From Octopus vulgaris (Eukaryota): a stretch of DNA of 64,000 nucleotides. Positions 1 to 15,279 of the stretch are shown one piece after another; positions within the stretch are counted from its first letter, which is position 1; each line of letters starts with the position of its first letter. The position numbers and the translations under genes are program-made. The DNA is taken from assembly GCA_951406725.2 (NCBI GenBank), contig OX597826.1, forward strand, positions 76,694,001-76,758,000, in the 5' to 3' direction. The notes under the pieces are model-generated. The model ran no database searches and was not told the origin of the DNA. It worked only from the letters and a program-made list of their open reading frames with translations.

Positions 1-97
1 CATCTTCATCATCATCGTCATCGTCATCATCATCATCGTCATCATCATCATCATCATCATCATCGTCATCGTCATTGTTATCATCATTGTCATCGAC

Positions 98-129
<32 letters not shown>

Positions 130-177
130 CATCATCACCATCGTCATCGTCATCATCGTCATCATCGTCATCACCAC

Positions 178-218
<41 letters not shown>

Positions 219-268
219 CCACCATCATCATCGTCATCATCGTCGTCATCGTCATCATCGGTATCATC
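1..268. repeat. (CAT/CGT)n trinucleotide microsatellite
   Basis: Continuous imperfect CAT/CGT/CAC triplets; source of the poly-Ser ORF 75..383. Confidence 0.95.
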
Positions 269-625
269 AAATGAACATCCATTCCTGCTCACCGTCGATT
301 CTGCGAAACAAAAGGTCAACAAGATGAACAATGGCCACAAGACCAACAATGCCAACGGCGACAACAACAACAATAACAACTGAACCGTCAGCAATTAAGA
401 ACATTAACAACAACAATAACAACATTAACAACAACAACGACAAAAGCAATTACAATTTCCAATAATAAAAAAAGACCAGCAACTAAAACAATCCCGGAAA
501 CAAGAATGATAATAACAGTAACAACAACAACAGCAATAACAACAGCAAAGACATCAACAAATATATGAAGAGAGAGAGATGCATCTTCAAATTGCAAGAA
601 CAACATAAGTGTAACAATAATGTAA

Positions 626-1147
626 TCGTCATCACCACCATCACTACCACCACCACCACCACAATCACCACCACCAACACCACGACCACCACCACCAACA
701 TCATCACCTCCACCACCACCAACATCACCACCACCACCTTCTCCACCACCACCACAACATTCTCCACCACCACCACCACATTCTCCACCACTACCACCAT
801 CACCGCCACCATCTTCTCCACCACGACCACCATCATCACCACGACCACCATAATCACCACCACCAGCAGCACGACCACGACCACCAACACGACCACCATC
901 ATCACCACCACCACCATAATCACCACCACCAGCAGCACGACCACGACCACCAACACGACCACCATCATCACCATCACCACCACCACCACCACATTCTCCA
1001 CCACCACCACCACCACCTTCTCCACCACTATCACCACCAACACCACCTTCTCCACCACGACCACCATCATCACCACCACCACAATAATCACACCACCACC
1101 ACCACCACCATCACCAACATCTCACCACTACCTCAACCACCTTCTCC

Positions 1148-1179
<32 letters not shown>

Positions 1180-1180
1180 C
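626..1180. repeat. Imperfect (CAC)n array with an internal 66-bp duplication
   Basis: ACC/ATC triplets; AGCAGCACGACCACGACCACCAACACG occurs at 865 and 931. Confidence 0.9.
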
Positions 1181-2291
1181 ATCGTATAGAAGCATTGCTG
1201 TCTCACAACAGCAACACCAACTGTAATAATAAAAATAAACAGTAACTCAAACGTCATACCACCTCAATCACATCACTTCACCAGCACAACCCACCGCCGT
1301 CTCCAGCAGCACCACCACCACTACCGCAGCCACCACCACCATTACCACAACCAATTCTTTCACCTTCTCCTCCTCCTCCTCCTCCTCCTCTCTTCCCCTC
1401 CTCCTCCTCCTCCTCCTCTCTTCCCCTTCCTCCTCCTTCAACGGAACAACAATAACAAACGTGTACAAGAAACGCTTCCTTTCCTTTTCTCCTCGAAAAA
1501 TATCAGGTTACACTGACGACCAAATGACAACAAAACTGACGACAACAAAAAAAAAACAGCAACAACAATACACAAAAAAAAAATAATAATAATAGAAGAC
1601 TATAAAATTAACAACAATAACAACAACGACGACAACAACAACAACAAGACATTCACAACAATAGCTGCAACAAAACGGTGGAAACATCATTCGCGAGAAT
1701 AATCAGTTTGCGACAGCATTCACAAGTTTGGAGAATGCCAATTATAGGTGAGAGAGAGAGAGAAGGAGAGAGACAGAGAGAGAGAGAGAGGGAGAGAGAG
1801 AGAATGGGAAAGAGGGTGTAAGAGAGGGGGTGAGAGAGAGAGAACAGTGGTGGTGGTGGTGGTGCTGGTGAAAGGAAGACCCTTTTATTTTTCTTGTTAT
1901 TTTGCTCTTTTCGCTGCTTTTCGCTGCTTTTTCGCAGGAAGTCGAAAATTATATAAACGCTGTCAAGCGATTGGGGTGTCGTCGCTGCTAAAGTTACAAT
2001 TATAAGGAGCTTTCCGACACTCACCGACGGAAATTCGCAGCGAAAAAAACAGAAATAGAGAAAAGGAAATGACAAAGAAATGGCGGATAGTTGTGTATAT
2101 CAATTAAGAAAGAACAGACAATTCGCCATTACCCCACCTGCAACCTTCGTACGTTTTGTTCATTCGATCGCTGGTTGGTTCGCTCTTTCGATGGTATGGC
2201 AGGTAAATGGTTTGGTTGGTTGAATAGCCGACACGTTGATTGGATGTCAGGCTGGCTGTTTGATACACAGTATGGTTTAACTGTTGACCGT

Positions 2292-2297
2292 AATAAC

Positions 2298-2368
<71 letters not shown>

Positions 2369-2387
2369 CAATAATAATAATGATAAT
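2292..2387. repeat. (AAT)n microsatellite, probably the expanded tail of the adjacent minus-strand SINE
   Basis: Pure AAT run abutting the 3' end of the SINE at 2388. Confidence 0.9.
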
Positions 2388-2608
2388 CCTTTCTACTATA
2401 AGTACAAGGCCTGAAATGTTGTGGGGAGGGCGGGGAGGAGACTAGTTGATTACATTGACCCCCTGTGTTTCTCTGGTACTTATTTTATCGACCCCCCAAA
2501 GGATGAAAGGCAGAATCGACTTCGGCGGAATTTGAACCCAGAACGTATAAACGGACGAAATGCCGCTAAGCATTTTGTCCGGCGTGCTAACGATTCTGCC
2601 AGCTCGCT
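2388..2608 (-). mobile_element. tRNA-headed SINE family B, monomer
   Basis: Minus strand has A-box-like TGGCAGAATCG, B-box-like GGTTCAAATTCC and the core GCCTTTCATCCTTTgGGGGGTCGATAAA; many homologues in this window. Confidence 0.88.
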
Positions 2609-2649
2609 GTCTCAATATTAATACTACTACTAAAAATAATTATGATAAT

Positions 2650-3208
2650 AGTTTCAAATTTTGTAACAAGGGCAGCAATTTTGGGGGAGGAGACGAGTCG
2701 ATTACATCGACCCCAGTGTTTTGCCTCGAAATGTTGAACGGTAAATTTGACCTCGGCAGAATTTGAACTCAGAACGTAACGACGGGCGAAATACCTATTT
2801 CTTTATTTCCCACAAGGGGCTAAACATAGAAGGGACAAACAATGACAGACAAATGGATTAAGTCGATTACTTCGACCCTAGTGCGTTACTGGTACTTATT
2901 TAATCGACCCCGAAAGGATGAAAGGCAAAGTCGAGCTCGACGGAATTTGAACTCAGAACGTAACGGCAGATTCCATACCTATTTCTTTATTACCTACAAG
3001 GGGCTAAACACAGAGAGGACAAACAAGGACAGACAAACAGATTAAGTCAAATTATATCGACCCCAGTTCGTAACTGGTACTTAATTTATCGACCCCGAAA
3101 GGATGAAAGGCAAAGTCGACCTCGGCGGAATTTGAACTCAGAACGTAACGGCAGACGAAATACGGCTACGCATTTCGTCCGCCGCGCTAACGATTCTGCC
3201 AGCTCGCC
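2650..3208 (-). mobile_element. SINE family B, trimer with 184-bp internal unit
   Basis: Single head at right (CTGCCAGCTCGCC on +); ATACCTATTTC recurs at 2791 and 2975; single tail at left. Confidence 0.88.
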
Positions 3209-3210
3209 TT

Positions 3211-3228
3211 ACTACAACAACTACTACG

Positions 3229-3297
<69 letters not shown>

Positions 3298-3308
3298 GCT
3301 ACTACTAC
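3211..3308. repeat. (TAC)n microsatellite
   Basis: Near-pure TAC run. Confidence 0.95.
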
Positions 3309-4077
3309 ACGGAATGACTGTTGGATGGTTAATAGAGTGATTAATCAGTTGATTGTTCGAGCGATTCCTTGACTGATTGGTTTTAATGATTAACTCTATG
3401 ATTTGGAGGTTTGAGGTTTGACTGATTTATGATTTGGTTCATCGATTGATTGATTAAGGAGTTGGTGGATTGTTATGCTGGTTGCTTCATTGGTTCATTA
3501 CTTGCTGGGTTGGTTGGTTGGATGTTTCGTTGATTGGTTGCTAGCATGGCCGATTGGTTTGTTGGTTGATTGGTTGCTTGCGTAATTGATTCATTAGTGG
3601 TTGGCTGGTATGATGCTTAACAATATGAATTTATGGTATATTGGTTGACTGATTGGTAATGTGGTTTGTTTCTTGGTTGGCAAGTTGGTAGATTAGTATG
3701 CTAGTTTTGTTGTTGGTTGGTTATCCGGTTGGTCATATGTCAGATTGGTTAGTAATTGGTTGATTTGACGGTTGACCAGCGAAATGATGCAAGGACAAAA
3801 CACCGTGGACGAAGGAAAATAAATGGCCTCTGAACAATGCTCTGGGAATTGGTTAAGCGGATGGTCGGTTGAGCATCGACACCAAATATAAGTGATTGGT
3901 AGGAAAAGAATTGAGCAAAGACGCGGAGTTTGTTGGGTGAATTATAGTCAGGTGGTAGGTTAGCCAATAGGTGAATGGAGTATCGAATAAACGTTGAGTG
4001 ATGGCTGTATGGTGAATGAGTGATGAGTGGTAGTTTCGGGAATGGTTACCTTCAGGGGACCCATTTTATCATTAAGT

Positions 4078-4648
4078 TATTAAATCAATTTTTAGATTAG
4101 TTCAAATATGTTTGCGAGATATTTGGCCTGGAAGAGGTTATTTCCGCTGCGGTTTGCAGTTGGGGAAAATTCTTGCTTAGTGCACCATGTATATCTATAA
4201 AGCCATTTTTGGTTACTTGGCGATCAACGATACTGAGTGCCTTACTTTACAATAGAAAGTCTGTAAAAGTTATCTCACAACGAGCGACAACGCAAGGCTA
4301 GAAGAAAACAGGTGGTGGGCACGCCTGGCAACATCGCACGTGAGCAGTTTGAGGTTTGACTGATTTATGATATAGTTCATCGGTTGATTTTCTGTAGGAT
4401 TTTCTGTAGGAAGCTACGGCTTCATAATTCCTTCCAGGGTTGTCTCTGTAGTAATGCTCGATGCTGACGATAGCCAAGTGGATAGAAATGCATTCATCGT
4501 TCTACAGAGGCCGCCCTGAGACGAATGTTTCAACACTGTAGCCTAAAGCGAGAAGCATTTTGACAGCAAACCGCAGTGAAACTGGCTTTTTTTACAGGTC
4601 ACGTGTCTCCCAAACATATTTGAACTGAACTAAGAGTTTCTTTAATTC
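4078..4648. repeat. Diverged inverted repeat (arms ~4078-4260 and ~4440-4648), right arm carries a hammerhead motif
   Basis: AGTTCAAATATGTTTG and CTGCGGTTTGC on the left match the reverse complements CAAACATATTTGAACT and GCAAACCGCAG on the right. Confidence 0.75.
4459..4499 (+). ncRNA. Minimal type I hammerhead ribozyme motif
   Basis: CGATG-CTGACGA-TAGCC aagt GGATA-GAAA-TGCA-T-T-CATCG: 5-bp stem I, intact core, stem II with one mismatch, palindromic stem III (ATGCAT). Confidence 0.75.
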
Positions 4649-5168
4649 ACAACACTCCTTTTGCGTGCAGACGACAGAGTATTCGGTTGTATTTAATATT
4701 CCTTCATCGTTCATGTCTTACAGTTAAATACATCGTTTTTTTTGTCATAATTTTGTCTCCTTTTCTTCGCGGTTTGTCGAATATCTCCATAATTCTTCAC
4801 CACACATCTACCCAATGACAACGCGCAGAAATATCTTCGTCATCAATTCAATGAAAATTGTGTTGTATAAATATCATGTATTTTGGTGGTGGTGGTGGAG
4901 GGGGGCTTTGAAGTGGGAGATCGAAAGAGGAAAGTAAACAGAACAAAATCTATTTACAAAAATTTTATAAAAGCAAATTGTAAGAGAAACGAAAATAAAG
5001 CAGCAGAAAAATTATCCAATGCGCTCAACGTGATGATGATGCTGCTGCTGCTGCTGATGGTGGTAGTGGTGGTGATGGTTTAGTAGTAGTGGTGGTAAGG
5101 ATGAGGGGGAGGAAGAGGCTGGTGGATATGATAGTATGAACAACCTAATAATAATGATGATGATGATG

Positions 5169-5219
<51 letters not shown>

Positions 5220-5411
5220 GTAATAATTTCAGGAAGAGAAAGAACGCCAACAACAACAACAATAACCTAAAATTACAATCAAATGAGGACGACCACAACA
5301 ATGATGATGATAGTTGTGATGGTGATTATAATGATTGCGATAACAATAAGGATGAGATAATAGATAATGAAAATAGCAATGATGACGATGACGACAAAAT
5401 ACACACAAAAA

Positions 5412-5955
<544 letters not shown>

Positions 5956-6204
5956 ACTGGTGTGTGTGCCCACTACTTCCGTCCGAACCTTTTGTACGTC
6001 TTTTGTGTGGCACTGACTGCCAAATTCCTGAACCACACTCTTAACAGCCTATTTCCTTAACTTCACCAATACAATACAATACAAAGTACCTCCTACTTTT
6101 CAATGCTTTTGTATCCAGTCAGCTAAAGAAGTCATTTACATTTGTGTGTGTATGTTGGAGCGTGCGTTTGTATGCGCATATACATGCATATATATGTATG
6201 TATA

Positions 6205-6311
<107 letters not shown>

Positions 6312-6466
6312 ATACATACATACATATATATATATATATATTTATATTTATATTTATATAAGCATATCTAATTATTATAGAAAAGTGTGCGTTGTGTGTG
6401 TATGTATGTGTATATATATATATATATATATGTGTGTGTGCTTGTGTGTGTGTATACATGTACGTG

Positions 6467-6512
<46 letters not shown>

Positions 6513-6609
6513 TATGTATATAGATGTGTGTGTGCGTGTGTATATTACAAACAAGTACAAGAAGATTTAAAATGACATTAACACAGTTTTTTACATGCAT
6601 ACATGTATA

Positions 6610-6991
6610 GGCGCAGGTGTGGCTGTGTGGTAAGTAGTTTGCTTACCAACCACATGGTTCCGGGTTCAGTCCCACTGCGTAGCACCTTGGGCATGTGTCT
6701 TCTACTATAGCCTCGGCCCGACCAAAGCCTTGTGAGTGGATTTGGTAGACGGAAACTGAATGAAGCCCGTCGTATGTATAGACATGTGTGTGTGTGTGTG
6801 TGTTTATGTGTTTGCCTTTTTCCCCCAACTTCGCTTGACAACCGATATTGACGTGTTTAGATCCCCGTAACCTAGCGGTTCGAAATAATTGACCGATAGA
6901 GTAAGTACTAGGCTGACAAAGAATAAGTCCTCGACTAAAGGCGGTGCTCCAGCATGACCACAGTAAAATGACTGAAACCAATAAAAGAATA
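6610..6991 (+). mobile_element. tRNA-headed SINE family A, full length
   Basis: GGCGCAGGtGTGGCTGTGTGGTAAG head, GGTTCAGTCCC B-box, CCTTGGGCA core, internal (TG)n, tail GGCGGTGCTCCAGCATG...GACTGAAAC...TAAAAGA. Confidence 0.92.
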
Positions 6992-7503
6992 TCGCTATTG
7001 AAATCCAAACACTCATATACACAAAGAAAGACAAGGAGAGAGAAAAAGAGAGGGCGAGAGAGAGAGAGAGCCACGGAGTGAGAGTGAGAGAGAGAGAGCA
7101 AGGACTGACTCGGGGAACAATATCCAGGCGTGCGTGCTGCATACGAGTTTAACAGTAAAGTTCGAGTCAAATACATGATGCTGTAAATTGGAGAAGTTTC
7201 CAAATGTTTTATAGAAAACATGTAGCAATTACCCACGGATTACATGTAATGACACCAGGCGTGCCCACCACATATTGTCTTCTAGCTTTGGATTGTCGCG
7301 CGTTGTCAGCTAATTTTTGCAGGTTTTCTATTGGAAGCTATGTTTCTCAACGCATCTCAAGTTTGTACCTTTTCAAAGCCATGTTGCTAGAATTCGCTTC
7401 ACGGTCCACTGCCGAAAGAGATAAAGCTTCTTCAGTGGGTGGTGATGCATGGCCGCTCTCAAGTCGTTGAGCGACCGTTCTAGGTGTTACAATAAGATTA
7501 GAA

Positions 7504-7839
7504 CATAGGTTCTCAAAGTGGGCGCTACCGCCTCCCGGTGGGCGTTGAGATGGTCCAGCTGGGCGCTGGTGCCTAAGCGGCGGTGGTGGGAGCTAGAGAA
7601 AATGGAGGCGTTGGGAGGAAGGCAGTTGGTTGGGAGGGGGGGCGCTATGAATTTATTATAATATCATTATAGTATTGTATACAAATTATATAATATTAAA
7701 TTAAATACCAAATGATTCGTAGTATATACAAATTAATAAAATATAAAATATTTATTTATTCATAAAACAGGGGTGGTGCGTTGAGGGGATTATGTGGCCA
7801 TGGCCCGGGGGGTCGTGGCTAAAAGTTTGAGAACCTCTG
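7504..7839. mobile_element. hAT (Charlie-like) MITE
   Basis: TIRs CATAGGTTCTCAAA / TTTGAGAACCTCTG (13/14); degenerate 8-bp TSD GATTAGAA / GACAAGAA. Confidence 0.8.
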
Positions 7840-8385
7840 GACAAGAATGTCGCTGGTTTTGTTCAGTTACTGTGATTATAGAAAGTCCATTGCCATGAAA
7901 TATAACTTTGAAATTATTAAACCCCCGAAAGCATGGTACGAAATCCATAGCTCTAAGCATAAAATCTATGCGATCACTCTCCTACTTTGAATACCTCACT
8001 CTCTAAACAAAACATGGTCATGTTGGATAACGCCCTCCAACATAAACAAAAAAGACGGGATGGCCACTTACGAGTTTACTCGGTAAGGGTTCACTTGAGG
8101 CTTATAACAACGCACGCAAATGCTTTCAGTAAATTACAGGGCTAACTATATAGTAGTGTAAGCTTGAATACTGTAACAGGAAATTGAATTATAAGAGTCA
8201 GATCATTAAACAGCAATGTCTTAACACTTCGCAGCTCTGCTCTTATTTAATGACCCTGCAATGCATCGATAAATATTTTCCTGTATACAATCTATATATG
8301 TATACATATATGCTTATGAATTATGAATGTATACATATGTGCATGCATGCATTTATGCAACTATATATATATATATATATATAAA

Positions 8386-8559
8386 TTGAGTTTAACGCAG
8401 GTATAAATCAAATACTTTTACTTTACTTGGTGGGCTCGAAATTATAGTAGAAGACGCCCGATGTGCCACGCAGTGAGACTGAAGCCGGAATATCAGTGAA
8501 ATCTTCGAAACATGTGTCGAAAGTAAAAGTATTTCATTTATACCTGCGTTAAACTCGAT
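8386..8559. repeat. Short inverted repeat (8386-8424 / 8520-8559) with a hammerhead 3' half and a SINE A fragment in the loop
   Basis: GAGTTTAACGCAGGTATAAATcAAATACTTTTACTTT matches its reverse complement; GAAACATGTGTC directly precedes the right arm. Confidence 0.75.
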
Positions 8560-8722
8560 TTATTTATTTACATATTATACAAAAATTACCACGTGAACAC
8601 GAAGTTTCTACCTTTAAAAACAAGGAGTTACAACCTCTTTTCTTGTGTGATTTTTGCTACCCTGGTAACTATTTATTTATTTTTTCCGTGTTAATTGTTA
8701 ACAAAGCAAAAATACACTCATC

Positions 8723-8757
<35 letters not shown>

Positions 8758-8941
8758 GGGTGTGTGTGTGTGTGTATGTAAGGGTGCGTGTGTGTGTGTA
8801 TACATATGTATATATATATATATGTATGTATATATAATTTAAAATTAAAATGAGGGTGAGAAATTGGATATTTAATTAACATCAATTTAACACCAGTGGT
8901 CTAGCATATTAAGATCTGAAGGTTCAGTAAGTTGTATTATA

Positions 8942-9010
<69 letters not shown>

Positions 9011-9040
9011 ATATATATATATATAAAGATATATATATAA

Positions 9041-9250
9041 GTATGTGTTTTGTGTCTGTGATTGTCCTCGTCACTATCGCTTGAAATCCGATGTCAGCGT
9101 GTTTACGTCCCCGTAACATAGCGGTACGGCATAAGAAACCGATAGAATATGTACCAGGCCTACAAAGAATGAGTTCTGGGAGCGATTTGTTTAACTAAAG
9201 GCAGTGCTACAGCATGGCCGCAGTCAAATGACTGAAACAAGTAAAAGAAA
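9041..9250 (+). mobile_element. SINE family A, 3' half
   Basis: GTTTACGTCCCCGTAAC...CAGCATGGCCGCAGTCAAATGACTGAAACAAGTAAAAGA. Confidence 0.88.
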
Positions 9251-9518
9251 TGAACTACGAGGTACTTCGATGGGTGAAAGCACATAGGTTTGTGAGTACG
9301 GTGTATGTATGTGTGAATATATGCAAGCATGTATGCTTGTGCCTATGTGTGTTTGTGTTTGGGATTTATTCTTTGCAGAATATCAATCGGTCACAAATAA
9401 AGTGACCAAGGTTCTTTTGTTCAAGTCAGAATTCCAAATACTCAATTAAAACTGCATTAAATTGAAATCGCCATCATCTGTGTATCCTAATATGTATGTA
9501 TATATATATATATATATA

Positions 9519-9701
9519 GTTAATCCAAACAAGAAAACAAAAAGACAACAACGCAAGGACGTGGAACAAATAAAGTATTATTGGACGCTCAGGAAAGAAG
9601 GGAAGAAGGGGGTTTGACGTTTCGAGCGGAGCTCTTCGTCGGAAACATAGGAGAGGGAAAGATCCCGAGAAGGGAAGACAGAGGAAAAAAAATCGCTAGT
9701 G

Positions 9702-9703
<2 letters not shown>
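9519..9703 (-). mobile_element. ~200-bp hammerhead-bearing repeat, family H1 (putative non-autonomous Penelope-like element)
   Basis: Homologous to 22339-22540 and 62559-62769; flanked by (TA)n on both sides. Confidence 0.8.
9612..9646 (-). ncRNA. Hammerhead motif of H1 (U4>C core mutation)
   Basis: Minus strand GTTT-CcGACGA-A-GAGC tcc GCTC-GAAA-CG-T-C-AAAC. Confidence 0.7.
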
Positions 9704-9760
<57 letters not shown>

Positions 9761-11408
9761 CGAGAGTGTGTGTGTGTGTGTGTGTATGTGTGTATGTGTG
9801 TGTGTGTGTGTGCATCGTTAGAAGGAATTGCCTGAGATAAGATCTTTTCATTGATTTCTTGAGTTTAAAATGTTTGCTATGGTACACAGATGGTGATTTT
9901 AATTTAATGCTGCTTCAATAGCTTATACAGAGATTTCCGAAAATTCGCCACATTTTTGCAATACCAGTGAGTGGTTTATTTCTTGTGTCCGATATATCAA
10001 AGCAGGAATTTCATTTAAGCAGATGAAAATTTGCTGCAATGTCTTCACAAAACTTTAAAAAGTTGAAAAATGTCAGACTTTCTCTAGGCTTACTGCAGGA
10101 ACGATGTTCATCTCACACTCATGTATATTATATTTTTAACACAACAAATCTTTGAAGAGACTTTATCTCAGACAATTTCAGTTTTGTGTCTGCTAACGGC
10201 GTGTGTAGTTTTAGTATGACACACAGTACAAAGATGTTAGACTTTATGTGGCGATGTGTATCTTCTATAGCCTATAAATTATCAGAAACGAGGTATTTCT
10301 GGATTTGTAAAGCCCAGCATCTCATGATTGCTGGTGCAGCAGTTAGGTATGCTTAGTGAATGTATGTATGTCTCTTCTCTCTTTTAATTATTATAAATCT
10401 TCCACTGAGGATGGAACCGGTTTCCAACAGAGATGTATGTATGTATGCGTTTTTTTCTTTCACACTTATGTGTTTTCTTTTCTAGAATTCAAGCTTTAAC
10501 AAAGACAAGTTTTCTCTTCAGTTCCATGGAATGGTGATGATGAAGGTGAACGCGTGGATTATCTGTACTCTTATAATGAATGTGCAAGTATTACTGTTAT
10601 GTATGCATAGAAGCGTATGCATGTACGATTGAATGAATGTGAGTATGTGTATGTATGTATGCATACTTATTTTTATGTGTGCATATATGTATAGATACCA
10701 CCAGGATAGACAGTTCTCCAAAGTAAGTCTTCTTGGTCGTTAGACTTTGCGTGACTTCTGTGACTCAGTACAACAACATGAAAGCTACACACACCTTTTA
10801 TTTATATTTCGAGACTTGATGGTCGACTGGCTGAGTACCATTTGCACGTGTCTCCAGACAACATCACCATAAAAAAATAATCTTTTTGTAGGATGTTGTA
10901 CCTCATCCAAATGTGACAGTTGAAGCTTTCTAACGAGGTACAAAAACCATCTTATCTTGCAGGGGAACAAATGAAAAGGTTTTTGGAGAGAGTTATTTGG
11001 ATTTCTTTGTTTTTGTGTCCTTCACAGTTTTTCTTAGAGCTTTAATTAATTACCATCTGGCCACGGACTGGCTTTAGAGTAATTTGTCCTGCTACCTTCA
11101 GTCAGACTATATCTTCAATCAGAGAATAGCTTTTTTCGTGATCGAAGCCACAAAGACAGTCACGTATTGCACTGCTGATAGATATCAGGTTTTAGAAACG
11201 GTTTACAGTGCGTAATATTCTCTTCGTTCCTTTACTGATAAAGAAGAGATTATTAAAGACAAATGAATGGACGTTCTCAGATATTTAGTAAGTGTAGAAT
11301 ATTCAATATTATGCCACGATATCGGACCTACATAGAGCATTTAGACATAATTGAAGCTTTATGTAACTAGGTGGACTATATATATATAGAGAGAGAGCTA
11401 GGTAGTAG

Positions 11409-11540
<132 letters not shown>

Positions 11541-12261
11541 GTTAGATGACCTGAAAGTCGTCTGAAGTCTCACTTTTTTTTATCCACGAAAACAACGCTG
11601 TGCCGATTACGAGGCGTGAACCATAGAAGTTGGCTATAACAATTATTTTTACTGCCAGTTATATATTGGGGGTTATTCTTTGACTCTACACGTTCCTCAA
11701 GAGACTTGCTCATTGTTCCATGACATCAAAACCAACAACAATAATGTATTTTCAAGGCAGACTTATCTCCCCTTTCCTTAATATCTATCATTATATGGAC
11801 GCTTAGCGACAGAACAAAAAAAAAAAAGAAAGGAAAACAAGTTGTTTTTTTTATGTATATAGGTACTGCGTCGTCTTTGTTGTTTATGTATTTGTTCATG
11901 GTGTTCTTATTTTCATATAGAAATTACATTCTTTGACGCTAACTTTGTGTGTGACCTTTTCTCTTTTACTCTTAGGACACGGCTGGTAACCTCTCCGCCT
12001 CTCTCTATTTCCCTTTCTCAAGGGAGACTATTACAAGGTATGGGTCAGGGAAAAAATATGAAAAGCAAAAAAAAACAACACTCGAACCACCACCACCACC
12101 ACCATCACACGTACATGCACATACAAAAAAATATTCACCACTCCATCCACTGTGGTCTTCTAGCATCCACAGAAAAAAATACCCATCAAAAAACTAATTA
12201 ACAAATAAGTTATGCAGACATACACACACACACACATATATATATACATAGATATATATTT

Positions 12262-12428
<167 letters not shown>

Positions 12429-12624
12429 GCAATGTTTATCACACTCGCCTTCCTTCCCCTTTCATTTGTTTCGCTCCGTTTCATCGTCAAGAATATGTGG
12501 TAATAACTTGTGAAGATGTACATTAAACAACATGGTTGTAACAATACAAAAAACAAAGCAACAACAAAGACAAATGCTGCTGGTTATATGCATATACATA
12601 CAGACATAGACCATATGCACTTTG

Positions 12625-12687
<63 letters not shown>

Positions 12688-13048
12688 CTCGTGGCAAGAA
12701 ATGTAGATGAGGATGGCAACTTCTGGCTCTCTCATTCACCAAATGCTGCATGTCAGAGGAGATTTCAACTAGTGAAACTGTAGAACAAGCTAAGGGCAGT
12801 GCTCCAGCATGGCCGCAGTTCTCGCGTTGGAACTAATAAAAGATAAAATGATATGCATGTATAAATATATTAATAAATATATATGTGTGTGTATATTAGA
12901 TATATATATGTATTTATATATATATATATGTGTGTGTATATATACATATATATACATATATATATATATGTATATATATATACATACAAATAAATGTATA
13001 TGTGTATGTATATACATATATACGTATGTATGTATATATGTATATATA

Positions 13049-13110
<62 letters not shown>

Positions 13111-13257
13111 TATATATATACAAAGATATTATACATACCAAAATATATACTCATATATTTTTCCCCACAACAGATGAAAACTAATCTTCAAAAATTATCA
13201 GTTTACTAAGTTTATCTGTCGGTTATCAACAACATCATTATCATCACCATCACTACC

Positions 13258-13341
13258 ATAATGATGATAATGATGATGATGATGATGAAAATAATAATAA
13301 TAATAATAACAATAATAATAATAATAATGTTGATAATAATG

Positions 13342-13381
<40 letters not shown>

Positions 13382-13404
13382 TGATGATGATGATGATGAT
13401 GATG

Positions 13405-13435
<31 letters not shown>

Positions 13436-13514
13436 TAATGAAAATGACGATGACGATGACGACGATGACGATGACGACGATGACGATGATGATGATGATA
13501 AATGTTAATAAGAG

Positions 13515-13543
<29 letters not shown>
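13258..13543. repeat. Compound (ATG/ATA/ACG)n then (CAT)n microsatellite
   Basis: Triplet runs. Confidence 0.93.
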
Positions 13544-13545
<2 letters not shown>

Positions 13546-14078
13546 CAGTTTGTTGCTCTGGCAGTCGATGCAAACATCTTCATTTGCACAGTGGGTTCTT
13601 GTTTCTTGCCGTATGCGTCTGCCAACACGTGAATGTATTTGAATATGTATCTCTATATATATGTGTGTCTGTGTGTCCGTCCTCATTGAGCTTCTCTCAT
13701 GCATGTGCATTAAGAAATGTTCTCCTGGACACACCTCTTAAACGGGACATTCCGTTTACTTCTCTCCTTTATGATGATCACGACCTACAGTGAGATGCTA
13801 TTAATTCGAATGTAGGATCTCCCCGAAGCTTAAACATATCACAACATAACTCAACGACACCCACACCGTGACGTATGCACACGTACACTCAAGCACACGC
13901 TCATATATACGTGTGTGCGTGCGTGCGTGCATAGGTGTGTGTGTGTGTGTGTGTGTCCTAGAAAGATACTTATGGATATACAAGTTACTGAAAAGCAATT
14001 AGGGATAGACTTATAATTGATACAAAAACATAAACATTACAAGAACAATAGTTATAGTATATCTGTCTGTCTGTCTAG

Positions 14079-14480
<402 letters not shown>

Positions 14481-14943
14481 CATAGATTGTTAGATAACAT
14501 ATGCGTGTGTGTTTGTATGTGTGCATGTATCTATCATTATAAATACATGCCTATTCATACTCAAGTACAAACATAAATAAATATATCTATACAAACTTAT
14601 ACATGTATGCGTGTGTTTGTGTATGCCTAAGTATATATCTATGTGTGTATGTGTGTGTATGTGTGTTTGTGTGTGTGTGTGTGTGTGTGTATGTGTGTGT
14701 GCAGATGTACGTGCACATAGCTCTATAGCAGATAGACAGATAGATATAATCAGAGAGTTTTGGGAATTATCTTGGTGAAAATTAGCGGGAAGTCTCAACA
14801 GGAGATTCAAAGCCGTATATTCCCGCAAAACGCTGGTATTTTGTGCAGACTTTCATCCGTACTTTGGCCTTAATTAGTGAAATGCATAAGTGGTGTTTTG
14901 TGAATAGATAGGTCATTAAACCCTTTACCTCTTTTACATACGA

Positions 14944-15009
<66 letters not shown>

Positions 15010-15126
15010 CTGTGTATGTGTGCATGTGTGTGTATGTGTGTGTGTATATATATATATATGTAGATATATATGCATGTATATATATATGTGTGTATGTATA
15101 TATATATGTGTATATATATATGTATG

Positions 15127-15168
<42 letters not shown>

Positions 15169-15236
15169 AATGTATATATATGTATATATATATATGTGTG
15201 TATGTATATATATATGTGTATATATATATATGTATG

Positions 15237-15279
<43 letters not shown>

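Noticed and set aside
75-1245. Mucin-like Thr/Ser-rich ORFs (75..383, 565..1245, 483..1091)
   Set aside because: Open frames on both strands are explained by stop-free triplet repeats; no domain or splice support
1930-2030. Core promoter (CAGGAAGT, TATATAAA) or minus-strand donor GGTGAGTG
   Set aside because: Short motifs are expected by chance and no linked exon was identified
10400-10432. CTGAGGA followed by TGGAA/TTCCA stem-loop
   Set aside because: GAAA and stem III absent; at most a truncated remnant
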